In this document: in pieces, positions 21,830 through 31,980 of the stretch
Layout of the letters: each line of letters opens with the position of its first letter
Numbering within the stretch: position 1 is the stretch's first letter
From: Marinicella sp.
GTDB lineage: Bacteria; Pseudomonadota; Gammaproteobacteria; Xanthomonadales; Marinicellaceae
Assembly: GCA_965230295.1 (NCBI GenBank)
Contig: OZ246001.1
Coordinates: forward strand, 2,752,001-2,816,000
Reading direction: 5' to 3'
DNA: 64,000 bases
Program-made: the position numbers and the translations under genes
The notes under the pieces: generated by a model
The model's database searches: none
The model's input: the letters and a program-made list of their open reading frames with translations, nothing else
Told to the model about the DNA's origin: nothing

Positions 21830-24775
21830 TTAATCTGACTTTTTGGCTTTGTACAAACCGGGTTTGATCATCTCTGCAGTCACTACCGACTCAGTCTTGG
21901 GTTTGTTGTCAGCCGGTTTGCTTTCGGCTTTGGGTTTGTCAGCCGGTTTGTTCTCGGCTTTGGGCTTATCGGCCGGTTTGTTCTCGGTTTTGGGCTTTTC
22001 GGCCGGTTTGTTCTCGGTTTTGGGCTTGTCGACCGGTTTGTTCTCGGCTTTGGGTTTGTCGGCCGGTTTGTTTTCGGCTTTGGGTCTATCGGCCGGTTTG
22101 TTTTCGGCTTTGGGCTTGTCGGCCGGTTTGTTCTCGGCTTTGGGCTTGTCGGCCGGTTTGTTTTCAGCTTTGGGCTTATCGGCCGGTTTACTCTCGGCTT
22201 TGGGTTTATCAGCTGGTTTGCTCTCAGCTTTGGGCTTATCGGCCGGTTTATTTTCGGCTTTCGGCTTATCGACCGGTTTGTTTTCGGCTTTGGGCTTGTC
22301 AGCCGGTTTGTTCTCGGCTTTTGGTTTATCGACCGGTTTGTTCTCGGCTTTGGGCTTATCGGCCGGTTTGTTTTCGGCTTTCGGCTTATCAGCTGGTTTC
22401 TTATCTACATGTGCTTGATCAACTGGTTTTTGCTTGTTTGCAGTCGAATCCAGCTTGCTGTCCACATCGATGTTGTCAATGGGGCGCGACTTCATGGCTC
22501 CTGATGGCACGATGGGTTCTTTCTTGGCAGCCAAATCTGCCACGCTGCCCAAAGGTCGAGTCATTTTTTTCACAGCATCTGCTTCTGTTTCTACAGCTTT
22601 GTTATGTTGTTGGCCCTGTTTTTGTTGGGCTTTAGGTCCTTTGTTCTGCTGTTGATTTTGGTCAGCGTGTTGCCTGTTGGTATTTTTTTGACCTTGTTTT
22701 GATTGTCCTTGGTTTTGTTGTTTTTGCTGTCCTTTTTGTTGACCTTGCTTAGTCTGTTGCTGCTGTCCTTTGTTTTGTTTTTGGTTAGACGGCTGCTTCT
22801 GACCTTGTTTAGGCTGTTGCTTCTGACCCTGCTTGGGTTGCTGCTTTTGACCCTGTTGCTTCTGGCCATGCTGTTTTTGGCCTTGCTTGGGCTGTTGTTT
22901 TTGACCCTGCTGCTTCTGGCCTTGCTGCTTTTGTCCGTGCTGTTTCTGGGCCTGTTGTTTCTGGCCTTGCTTGGGCTGTTGCTTCTGGCCTTGCTGTTTT
23001 TGACCTTGTTTCTGGTTTTTATGAGGACCTTTGGCGCCTTTATGTTGTTTGCGGTTTTGTTGCTTTTTATGTTGTGGTCGTTTTTTATTGGTTTTTTTCT
23101 TGCCCTTGTTATTGGGTTGAGCAAACAACGATTTAAACCAAGAAGAAATCACCAGAGCAATTGAACGTTTGGGTGCTTGAACATCGGGTTTAACCATGCG
23201 CAGAGCAGGCGATTCTTTGGTCGGTGCAGGTGGATCTAAGGCCACTGGTTTGTGGCAATCTTCAGGCTTGACCAACTCAATTGATTCAACACTGATGTGT
23301 GACTCGTTGGTGTTCAGGCGTTGCACATGGAAATCCGGAAAGCTTAAATTGTCATTTGAAATGACCGACACCTGTACACCGTGTCGAGCTTCCATTTCTG
23401 ACAGTTCTGTTCTTTTCTCATTCAAGATTTTATTGGTTGTATCAACCGGGGCCTGGATCACCACGCGACCTGTTTTGGGTTTGATCATTTCTTCTTCAGT
23501 CAGACGAATGATCGAAATGACCAAAGAATCCATTGAGCGAATGAATCCGTGACCACCACAGGTGGGACAGGTTATTTGACTGGAATCTGATATCGATGAG
23601 CGCAGCCTCTGACGAGACATTTCCAATAAACCGAATTTTGATATTTTACCAATTTGCACCCTGGCACGATCTGATTCAGCGGCATCGCGCATGCGGTTTT
23701 CAACTTCACGCTGGTTTTTGTTGTTACGCATGTCGATGAAATCAATCACCACCAAGCCACCCAGGTCACGAATTTTCAGCTGTCTGGCTATTTCATCGGC
23801 CGCTTCTAGATTGGTGTTCAATGCGGTGGTTTCCACATCAATGCCTTTGGTGGCTTTGGCTGAATTGATGTCAATTGATAGCAAGGCTTCAGTTTGGTCT
23901 ATCACCAAAGCACCACCTGATGGTAATTTAACTTCACGTTCGAACGCAGATTGGATTTGACGTTCAATTTGATAACGTGAAAATAAAGGTGTGTTGTCGT
24001 TGTAATAAGAAAGCTTCTTCAAATTATGCGGCATCACTTGTTGCATGAACTCACGGGCTTTTTCATAAGATTCTCTGTCATCAATCAGAATCTCACCAAT
24101 GTCTGGTTGTAAGTAGTCACGCAAAGCCCTGATAAACAGATCACTTTCCTGGTAAATAAAGAAGGGGCCTTTCTTTTGTTTCGCTGCTGTTTGGATGGCT
24201 TCCCAAACCTGTTTCAAATAATTGAAATCCCAGTGTAGTTCTTCAAAAGTTCTGCCTAAACCGGCTGTTCTGATGATGACACCATCATTTTTTGGAATTT
24301 CAAGGCGACGCATGATGTCTTGCAAAGTCGCTCGTTTTTCACCTCTGATTTGGCGCGAGATGCCACCCGCTCGGTGGTTGCCAGGCATGTAAACCAAGTA
24401 CCTGCCTGCCAATGAAATGTATGTGCTTAAAGCAGCACCTTTATTACCACGTTCTTCTTTGTTGACTTGTACAATGATTTCATCGCCTTCTTTTAGGGCT
24501 TCATTGATGGGTAAACGTGCCTTGCCTTTGGGTGCTTGTTTGCAATAAGCGGGGCTGATTTCTTTATAGGGTAAAAAGCCATGACGTTCTGATCCATAAT
24601 TGACAAAACAGGCTTCTAAAGAGGGTTCTATGCGGGTGATTTTGGCTTTGTAAATGTTGCCTTTTTTGCGGTAATGTCCCGCAGAGTCGATGTCTAAATC
24701 GTAGAGTTTTTGTCCATCTGCAATGGCCACACGAATTTCATCGGTGTGGGTTGCATTGATTAACATTCTTTTCAT
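21830..24775 (-). CDS. rne: Ribonuclease E
   Basis: MKRMLINAT, KEERGNKGAAL, IDINS, RDLGGLVVIDFIDM, CPTC zinc link, long disordered C-terminal half. Confidence 0.98.
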   Translation of the reverse strand: MKRMLINATHTDEIRVAIADGQKLYDLDIDSAGHYRKKGNIYKAKITRIEPSLEACFVNYGSERHGFLPYKEISPAYCKQAPKGKARLPINEALKEGDEIIVQVNKEERGNKGAALSTYISLAGRYLVYMPGNHRAGGISRQIRGEKRATLQDIMRRLEIPKNDGVIIRTAGLGRTFEELHWDFNYLKQVWEAIQTAAKQKKGPFFIYQESDLFIRALRDYLQPDIGEILIDDRESYEKAREFMQQVMPHNLKKLSYYNDNTPLFSRYQIERQIQSAFEREVKLPSGGALVIDQTEALLSIDINSAKATKGIDVETTALNTNLEAADEIARQLKIRDLGGLVVIDFIDMRNNKNQREVENRMRDAAESDRARVQIGKISKFGLLEMSRQRLRSSISDSSQITCPTCGGHGFIRSMDSLVISIIRLTEEEMIKPKTGRVVIQAPVDTTNKILNEKRTELSEMEARHGVQVSVISNDNLSFPDFHVQRLNTNESHISVESIELVKPEDCHKPVALDPPAPTKESPALRMVKPDVQAPKRSIALVISSWFKSLFAQPNNKGKKKTNKKRPQHKKQQNRKQHKGAKGPHKNQKQGQKQQGQKQQPKQGQKQQAQKQHGQKQQGQKQQGQKQQPKQGQKQHGQKQQGQKQQPKQGQKQQPKQGQKQPSNQKQNKGQQQQTKQGQQKGQQKQQNQGQSKQGQKNTNRQHADQNQQQNKGPKAQQKQGQQHNKAVETEADAVKKMTRPLGSVADLAAKKEPIVPSGAMKSRPIDNIDVDSKLDSTANKQKPVDQAHVDKKPADKPKAENKPADKPKAENKPVDKPKAENKPADKPKAENKPVDKPKAENKPADKPKAESKPADKPKAESKPADKPKAENKPADKPKAENKPADKPKAENKPADRPKAENKPADKPKAENKPVDKPKTENKPAEKPKTENKPADKPKAENKPADKPKAESKPADNKPKTESVVTAEMIKPGLYKAKKSD
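21888..22400 (-). repeat. 30-nt coding tandem repeat in rne (KPADKPKAEN, 16 copies plus one variant)
   Basis: Repeated GGCCGGTTTGTT(C/T)TCGGCTTTGGG(C/T)TT units; counted in the translation. Confidence 0.95.
22610..23070 (-). repeat. Q/K/G-rich low-complexity coding repeats in rne
   Basis: KQQGQ and KQQPKQGQ units in the translation. Confidence 0.85.
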
Positions 24776-25289
24776 CTGAGTTCCTTTTGTTCAGGAACGA
24801 TGAACTTTTCAGTGATGCCAAATAAGCATAATTTAACCGCTCAACGGCCCTTGGGGCGAAGAACAGGTGTTGTCGATGTCGCAGTTTCTCTGTGTATCAT
24901 GTATGTCACGCCTGTCACAAAATCATAATGTTGTGAAACAGGCCTGTTACAAACCACTCGCGGTGTTTGTTGTCGCTTATCGTTGGTGAAATTCTGATCA
25001 CCAGTATTCATGTTATTTTTTGACCGATGGCTTTTTGCATGGGTCTCACTGAAATGGACTCGTTCCAATCAGTCGTTGTTTATCATCGGTCCAATGATTC
25101 TGTGCTCCAGCCATTTGTTGTGTGGCATCTCCTTGGAACTAAACAGTTTTAAATCGTATAATTTGTCGCTTAAACAAGTTGTTTTAAGTCGACCATTTTT
25201 CATTACTTGCCAACCTTGGGTTGCAAGATCCGCGAGATTTTAACATTTTTTTCAATGAATCACAGAAATATCTGATAAAACAAGCCATT

Positions 25290-26180
25290 ATGCCTCTTAA
25301 ATCTGACCAAAAACCGATATTTCATGTCACAGAAAATGATGCTGGACAACGCCTTGATAACTATCTGATTAAACAATGTAAGCAGCTAGAAAAAAGCCAA
25401 TGCTACAAACTGATTCGAAAAGGTCAGATCAGGGTCAATGGTAAACGCGCCAAACCTTTACATAAATTAGAAGAAGGCGATCAGATCCGGGTGCCTCCTT
25501 TTGTGTATTTTGTTGACAGTAAAAATGTCAAAGTGCCAGAGGATGAAGTGCAGGCTTTAAAAAGATGCATTATCCATGAAGATGCCAATTTCTTGGTGAT
25601 AGATAAACCTGCAGGCTTGCCAGTTCATACGGGTACTGGCCACGAATTTGGTGTCATAGAAATCGTCAATGCCATGGATGGACTGGCTGGGGTGCAATTA
25701 GCCCATCGCATAGACAAGGACACCAGTGGATGTTTGTTGTTGGCTAAAAACAGACAGGCATTGTTGGCCTTTCAAACCATGATGAAGCAACACCAGGTAG
25801 GCAAAACGTACACAGCGGTGTTGGACGGCGTACTGAAGGATGCTGTTACCATTAATCAGCCATTAGATATTGAAAACAGGGTCGACCGAAAAAGGACTGT
25901 GGTTGTCAGTCCGAAAGGGAAGCCTGCAGAAACCAGAATCACCCCACTTGAACATACAGATTCATTAACAAGGGTGTCTTGCCGAATCAATTCGGGACGG
26001 ACCCATCAAATCAGGGTGCATGCTCAATTCATTGGTAAACCAGTATTGGGTGATGAAATCTATGGTAAGCCAAACCCAGCATTACCCAGAAATTTGTATT
26101 TGCACGCGGCGGTTTTGCAGTTTGCTGGCCATCGGTTTGAGTCCAAGATACCAGTTGAGTTTGATATTTTATTTCCCTAG
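25290..26180 (+). CDS. rluC: 23S rRNA pseudouridine synthase (RluC-like)
   Basis: S4 domain GQRLDNYL, HRIDKDTSG, GRTHQIRVH; divergent from rne as in other Gammaproteobacteria. Confidence 0.88.
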   Translation: MPLKSDQKPIFHVTENDAGQRLDNYLIKQCKQLEKSQCYKLIRKGQIRVNGKRAKPLHKLEEGDQIRVPPFVYFVDSKNVKVPEDEVQALKRCIIHEDANFLVIDKPAGLPVHTGTGHEFGVIEIVNAMDGLAGVQLAHRIDKDTSGCLLLAKNRQALLAFQTMMKQHQVGKTYTAVLDGVLKDAVTINQPLDIENRVDRKRTVVVSPKGKPAETRITPLEHTDSLTRVSCRINSGRTHQIRVHAQFIGKPVLGDEIYGKPNPALPRNLYLHAAVLQFAGHRFESKIPVEFDILFP

Positions 26181-26444
26181 TCCTCAATTGAAATGGTCGA
26201 TTTGTTGACAATTTTTTACACTTTCGATCAGTTGCTAATAACCAAAAGTCATATGCCACTGTCAGTGGCAGGTTTTCGCCAACATTTAATCTGTTTTCAC
26301 CTGACAATTCAATATCCGGTCCATCGTTCAGCCCCGATACATTTATAATAATTTTTAGTTCGGGGGTGTGAAAATTGTTGCTCAATTCTTAAGCAATTTT
26401 TTGCATTTAATTTTTATAATTGCTCAATCTTAAGGGGTGTGTGT

Positions 26445-29400
26445 ATGTTCAACAGAAAAAATATGCTGCATATTTTCTGGTCTTCTTTAATTCTATTTTT
26501 CAGTATCAACGCCAAAGCCGATATCATTGGTTCAGTGTACAAAGATTATGATGCCAACGGCAGCCAATCGGCATTGGAATTGGGCGTGGGTGGTGTAGTC
26601 ATCAATGCCTTTGATAACAGCAATACGGCGGTTGGTAATTCGCCTCAAATCTCTGCATTTGATGGTTCATACACCTTAACGGGTCTACCAGCAGGTCAGC
26701 TCAGGCTGGAATACACCCTGCCTGCCGGTGGTGCTTTGTCTTACATTCAACCAGGCTCAGCCGGACAGTCATCAGTGGTCTTTGCTGCTGACGGAGACAC
26801 CGTAGATGTGGGTTTCAATAACCCGGCCGATTACTGTCAGGCCAATCCTGAGGTTGTTGCTGCTTGTTACCTCATCGGTGATCCCTTATCACCGGGATCC
26901 AATGCCAACACCGGTGATGTGATGGCTTCGATTGATTACAACCGATCCTTACCAAACAACATGCCCAATCACGTGGCATTTGGCGCTGAAATGGGCCCCA
27001 CTTGGGGGCTGGCATACCAACGCAGTTCAGAGTCGTTCTTTGCCGCCAATGTACTGAAAAGGCATTCTGGCTATGGTCCATTGGGTTTAGGTGGCATTTA
27101 TCGGGTTGATTATTCTGGCGGCGTTCCCGTGGTCAGTAACTTTGTGGATGTATCGACCATTGGATTGGGTATAGGTGTTGATCCCAGAACAGTACCGGGA
27201 GAGGATCCTCCCAATGGCAACAACCCTGGATTGGATAACTTGACTTATGAAACAGTAGGTAAAGTCGGCATCGGTGACTTGGACATTTCCGAAGACAGTC
27301 AGAACTTGTGGATCATGAGTTTGGGAGATAAAACTGTGTACTCGGTCAATATAGGTTTGGCCGGTAATGTACCCACAGCAGGGGATGTGACTGGATTTGC
27401 TGTGCCTGATCCGGGTTGTGTGGATGGCGATTACCATCCATGGGCCGTGAAATATCACCAGTCTCAAGTGTATGTGGGGGTGGTATGCTCCAATGAAAGC
27501 ATCATGCCATACCCGCCGGCACCACCCATTCCTGGCACCGCTAATTTCATTGATTTCCCCAATTTGTCTGCAACCGTATATGAATTAGATCCTGTGTCTG
27601 GTGTATTCACGAATGTTTTGAATGTACCCTTGAACTACCTCAGAGGTTGTGCCCAAAGTGGTGGTGGTGAAGTGGGTTGCCAATGGTTTCCCTGGACCAA
27701 TTTGGTCACTGAAACCCAAGTTACTTTCAGAGGCAACAGACCCATCCACCCACAGCCTATTCTCAGTGACATTGAATTCTCAGAAGATGGTGACATGTTG
27801 TTGGGGTTCATTGACCGCACCGGTTTGCAATATGGTGTGGCTTCACCAGCGCCTAACACCGTTCCCGGCGACACCAGCATCGGTCAGGCTGTGACTGGTG
27901 GTGAAATGTTGCGTGCCGATTTTGATGGTGTGAACTGGACGCTGGAGTCCAATGGCGTGGTAGGTGGATTGAATGGCGCCGGCGTTGGGAACAACCATGG
28001 TCCGGGTGGCGGTGAGTTTTATTCGTCCACCACCAGTGGTCACACTGAATTGGGTCAAGGTGGTTTGGCTGTCAGGCCCGGCAGTGGTCATTTATTGACT
28101 TCTGCGTTGGACCCAACTGCGATTTTCCAGGGCGGTATTTTGTGGATGAACAGTTTCAGCCCAGGGGCTGGCACTGAATTTGCTGGTTACAGCTTTTATC
28201 AAAACAGCGGTGGTCCAACCTTAGCCAAAGGTATGGGCATCGGCGACCTTGAATTGCGCTGTGACCGGGCTCCCATTGAAGTGGGTAACCGGGTGTGGTT
28301 TGATACCAATGGTAATGGCATTCAAGACCCCAATGAAGCCGTGATTGCTGGTGTGACAGTTACCTTACATGATATGGACAATGGGGGTGCTCAAGTGGGT
28401 TCAGCAGTCACCGATGCCAATGGCTTGTACTTATTTGGTGGTGTTGCTGATATCAACATGACCTCAGGATCGGTCCTTACTCAACGAAACTATGAAGTCA
28501 GGATTGCGTTGACAGATCCCTTGTTGCCCAGCACCGCGGTGACGGCGGTGAATGCCAATGGGGTGATTGACAACAACAACCTGACTGACTTGTCTGACAA
28601 CGATGCCGTCTCTTTGGGTGGAAACGCCGTGATTGCCTTCGCAACTGGGTTAGACGGTGCCAACAACCACACTTTAGATTTTGGTTTTGGCGTGGTCAGT
28701 CTGGGTGATTATGTCTGGTATGACACCAACCAAGATGGCATCCAGGACGGCAGCGAAGTCGGTGTTAACGGCATCAATGTGAACTTATACAACAACGCCA
28801 CTTGTGCAGGCGTACCTGCGGCCAACACGACAACGGCGAATGGAGGTATGCCAGCAGCCGATGGTTTTTATACATTCACAGGGTTAACGACGGGCAATTA
28901 TTGTGTCGAGTTTACTGGATTGCCTGCTGGTTACCAGTTCACAACACAAAATGTGGGTGGGGATGACACCATTGACTCGGATGCCAACACAGCGACCGGC
29001 CAGGTACAAAACATCAACTTAACGGCTGATGACCCCACCATTGATGCTGGGGTGTTCTTGAATGGTTCTGTTGCAGGTCTGACCTGGTGTGAATCTACCA
29101 CCAACCCCAACACGATATATAACCCCGGTGATGGTGACACTGTGATACCCAATATTGGCATCACTTTGTATCAGGATTCCGATTGCTCCAACACCGTCAA
29201 TGGTGCTGAAGCGGGAACCGCAGTTTCTATGGACACGGCCAACCCGGCGGGTACTTATCTATTCAGCAATTTACCAGTTGGTCCAGTGGGCAATCCGATT
29301 TGTTACATCACTGAAGTGGATGTGGCAGATCCTGACTTAGGTCTTTGTGATACTGGAATCACACCAAGCACCTTGGGACCAGATCTGGACACCGCCAACC

Positions 29401-31760
29401 CCAACAGCATTGATAACAATTTTGGTTTTGAGCAAGTACTGATGTTGGGCGATTATGTCTGGTACGACACCAATCAAAATGGCATCCAAGATGGCAGCGA
29501 ATTTGGCGTTAATGGGGTCACCGTTAACCTGTATGACAACGCCACTTGTGCTGGTGCGCCATCAGCAACCACCACCACTGCCAATGGTGGTATGCCAGCA
29601 GCCGATGGATTTTATGAGTTCGCCGGACTGCCACCACAATTTTACTGTGTAGAGTTCACTGGTTTACCGGGTGGTTACCAATTCACAGCACAAAATGTGG
29701 GAGGTGATGACTCCATTGACTCTGATGCCGATACAATCACCGGTCAAGTGCAGAACATCAACCTAACCGCTGATGATCCGACCATTGATGCTGGTGTGTT
29801 CTTGAATGGCTCTATAGCTGGTTTAACCTGGTGTGAGTCGGCCACCAATCCGAACACGGTTTATAACCCCGGTGATGGTGACACGGTGATACCCAATATA
29901 GGCATCACCTTGTATCAGGACAGCGATTGTTCCAATACGGTCAATGGTGCTGAAGCAGGAACCGCAGTTTCTATGGACACGGCCAACCCGGCGGGTACTT
30001 ATCTGTTCAGCAACTTACCAGTTGGTCCTGTAGGTAACCCGATTTGTTACATCACAGAGGTTGATGTGGCTGATCCAGATTTAGGCATCTGTGATACTGG
30101 GATCACCCCAAGCACATTGGGTCCAGATTTAGATACGAATAACCCCAACAGCATTGATAACAATTTTGGGTTTGATGACAACCTGGCATTGGGGGATTTT
30201 GTCTGGTTTGATGTTAACCAAAATGGCATTCAGGATCTTGGTGAACCAGGAGTCAATGGTGTGACTGTGAACCTTTACCAGAATGCCACCTGTACTGGAG
30301 TGCCTGACAGCACCACCACGACTGCCAATGGAGGCATGCCCGCCACTGATGGTTTTTACTTCTTTGTTGGTTTGGACCCGGGTAGTTATTGTGTTGAATT
30401 CACCGGCCTACCCGCAGGCTATCAAATCACTGGTCAAAATGTGGGTGGTGATGACACCATTGATTCGGACGTTGATCCAGTGACCGGTCAAGTACAAAAC
30501 ATCACCTTGTCAGCTGTGGATCCAACCATAGATGCGGGTATATTCCTGAACGGATCAATCGCTGGTTTAACCTGGTGTGAATCTGCCACCAACGCCAACA
30601 CCAATTATGATCCCGGTGATGGCGACACGGTGATCCCTGATATCGGTATCACTTTATATGAAGACAGCGATTGTTCCAATACGGTGAATGGTGCCGAAGC
30701 AGGTACAGCTGTGACCATGGGCACCAACAATCCTGCAGGCACCTATTTGTTCACCGATTTACCGGTAGGACCGGTTGGAAATCCTGTGTGTTACATCACA
30801 GAAGTTGATGTGGCGGATCCAGACCTGGGTATTTGTGACAGTGGCATAACCTCCTCGTCATTGGGCCCTGATTTGGACACCAGCAACCCGGACAGTGTGG
30901 ACAATAACTTTGGCTTTGATGATTTGATCAGCCTGGGTGATTATGTATGGTATGACAACGACCAAGACGGCATTCAGGATGCAGGAGAGCCAGGTGTCAA
31001 TGGCATCACAGTGAACCTGTATCACAATGCCACCTGTTCAGGTGTGGCTGATGCAACCACAACCACTGCAGTGGGCGGGGTTCCAGCGGCTGATGGTTAT
31101 TACGACTTCACCAGCCTAGATCCAGGCCCTTATTGTGTGGAGTTTACAGGCTTACCCGTAGATTATGTCTTCACCTTACCTAACAGTGGCGGTGACGATG
31201 CCGTTGATTCCGATGCTGACACCACCACGGGTCAAGTACAAAACATCAACTTAACAGCTGAAGATCCAACCATAGATGCCGGTATTTATGCCAGCAACGG
31301 CCGGGTGTTGGGCTTGTTGTATTGTGACGATTCGCCTGAGAATGGTGTTCAGGATCCAGGTGAAGCGGTGGCTGGAGTAGACGTCACGCTGTCAAGAGAT
31401 TTTGACTGTAACAACACCGGTGATGCCATCGTTGGTTCAATGGTTACCGATGCCACAGGTGGCTTCCTGTTTGACAACTTGCCAGTGGGCTTGGCACCGG
31501 CACCGCCCAACCCTCAAGTTTGTTACACCTTAAGTTATGACACCAACAATGCCTTATTGAATGACTGTAATGATCCGGTCACACCTGAGACTCAAGTGGT
31601 GACCATAGACACCACAGATCCAGAAGGACCACCCATCACGTTCATTGTGATTCAAGGTGGACCGCCAGTTCCAGTTCCTGTGAATTCTTGGTTGATGCTG
31701 ATGTTCTTATGTTTGAGCATGGTGTTCATGGCTTGGCGCCTGAATCGAGCCAGAAACTGA
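26445..31760 (+). CDS. Large secreted/surface protein with SdrD B-like repeats and an IPTL-CTERM-like anchor
   Basis: Signal peptide; repeated LGDYVWYD.NQ.GIQD...DSDAD modules; C-terminal PVPVPVNSW, hydrophobic helix, RLNRARN. Confidence 0.85.
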   Translation: MFNRKNMLHIFWSSLILFFSINAKADIIGSVYKDYDANGSQSALELGVGGVVINAFDNSNTAVGNSPQISAFDGSYTLTGLPAGQLRLEYTLPAGGALSYIQPGSAGQSSVVFAADGDTVDVGFNNPADYCQANPEVVAACYLIGDPLSPGSNANTGDVMASIDYNRSLPNNMPNHVAFGAEMGPTWGLAYQRSSESFFAANVLKRHSGYGPLGLGGIYRVDYSGGVPVVSNFVDVSTIGLGIGVDPRTVPGEDPPNGNNPGLDNLTYETVGKVGIGDLDISEDSQNLWIMSLGDKTVYSVNIGLAGNVPTAGDVTGFAVPDPGCVDGDYHPWAVKYHQSQVYVGVVCSNESIMPYPPAPPIPGTANFIDFPNLSATVYELDPVSGVFTNVLNVPLNYLRGCAQSGGGEVGCQWFPWTNLVTETQVTFRGNRPIHPQPILSDIEFSEDGDMLLGFIDRTGLQYGVASPAPNTVPGDTSIGQAVTGGEMLRADFDGVNWTLESNGVVGGLNGAGVGNNHGPGGGEFYSSTTSGHTELGQGGLAVRPGSGHLLTSALDPTAIFQGGILWMNSFSPGAGTEFAGYSFYQNSGGPTLAKGMGIGDLELRCDRAPIEVGNRVWFDTNGNGIQDPNEAVIAGVTVTLHDMDNGGAQVGSAVTDANGLYLFGGVADINMTSGSVLTQRNYEVRIALTDPLLPSTAVTAVNANGVIDNNNLTDLSDNDAVSLGGNAVIAFATGLDGANNHTLDFGFGVVSLGDYVWYDTNQDGIQDGSEVGVNGINVNLYNNATCAGVPAANTTTANGGMPAADGFYTFTGLTTGNYCVEFTGLPAGYQFTTQNVGGDDTIDSDANTATGQVQNINLTADDPTIDAGVFLNGSVAGLTWCESTTNPNTIYNPGDGDTVIPNIGITLYQDSDCSNTVNGAEAGTAVSMDTANPAGTYLFSNLPVGPVGNPICYITEVDVADPDLGLCDTGITPSTLGPDLDTANPNSIDNNFGFEQVLMLGDYVWYDTNQNGIQDGSEFGVNGVTVNLYDNATCAGAPSATTTTANGGMPAADGFYEFAGLPPQFYCVEFTGLPGGYQFTAQNVGGDDSIDSDADTITGQVQNINLTADDPTIDAGVFLNGSIAGLTWCESATNPNTVYNPGDGDTVIPNIGITLYQDSDCSNTVNGAEAGTAVSMDTANPAGTYLFSNLPVGPVGNPICYITEVDVADPDLGICDTGITPSTLGPDLDTNNPNSIDNNFGFDDNLALGDFVWFDVNQNGIQDLGEPGVNGVTVNLYQNATCTGVPDSTTTTANGGMPATDGFYFFVGLDPGSYCVEFTGLPAGYQITGQNVGGDDTIDSDVDPVTGQVQNITLSAVDPTIDAGIFLNGSIAGLTWCESATNANTNYDPGDGDTVIPDIGITLYEDSDCSNTVNGAEAGTAVTMGTNNPAGTYLFTDLPVGPVGNPVCYITEVDVADPDLGICDSGITSSSLGPDLDTSNPDSVDNNFGFDDLISLGDYVWYDNDQDGIQDAGEPGVNGITVNLYHNATCSGVADATTTTAVGGVPAADGYYDFTSLDPGPYCVEFTGLPVDYVFTLPNSGGDDAVDSDADTTTGQVQNINLTAEDPTIDAGIYASNGRVLGLLYCDDSPENGVQDPGEAVAGVDVTLSRDFDCNNTGDAIVGSMVTDATGGFLFDNLPVGLAPAPPNPQVCYTLSYDTNNALLNDCNDPVTPETQVVTIDTTDPEGPPITFIVIQGGPPVPVPVNSWLMLMFLCLSMVFMAWRLNRARN
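28701..31300 (+). repeat. Internal tandem repeat of exactly 744 nt (248 aa)
   Basis: LGD(Y/F)VW starts at 28701, 29445, 30189 and 30933. Confidence 0.9.
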
Positions 31761-31779
31761 TCTGAACTGGCTGGCACCC

Positions 31780-31816
31780 AAACACCGGGCCCTGAAATTC
31801 ATGGCCTGGTGTTTTT
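31780..31816 (+). terminator. Probable intrinsic terminator
   Basis: AAACACCGGGCC-11 nt-GGCCTGGTGTTTTT. Confidence 0.6.
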
Positions 31817-31916
31817 GGTTTGGATTGCTGTTGATGATGCAATCAGGCTCATCAACCTGATGGAGTGGTGATTTTTACCTGATGATGGCCGGTTCTGCGG
31901 TCTTTTGACTGGGCAT

Positions 31917-31959
31917 TGAGATGAAAATCACATAATCTGAGCAGCAGATGGGCTATCAT
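31917..31959 (+). promoter_or_regulatory. CRP/Clp-like box with class II-spaced -10 upstream of the G8 gene
   Basis: TGAGA-tgaaaa-TCACA (31917-31932) and TATCAT (31954-31959). Confidence 0.55.
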
Positions 31960-31980
31960 TTGATTGGGAGGTTTGTATCC

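Noticed and set aside
21888-22400. 30-nt periodic array considered as a CRISPR
   Set aside because: No unique spacers, in frame within rne, and no cas genes
21843-22418. Plus-strand 191-aa ORF of ALGLSAGLFS repeats, and the Leu-rich ORF at 22703-23164
   Set aside because: Antisense shadows of the rne repeats; they stay open because the repeat lacks stops, and they have no RBS
26254-26270. Palindrome TGCCACTG-t-CAGTGGCA considered as part of a c-di-GMP riboswitch
   Set aside because: No GEMM-type consensus around it; an isolated palindrome of unknown meaning
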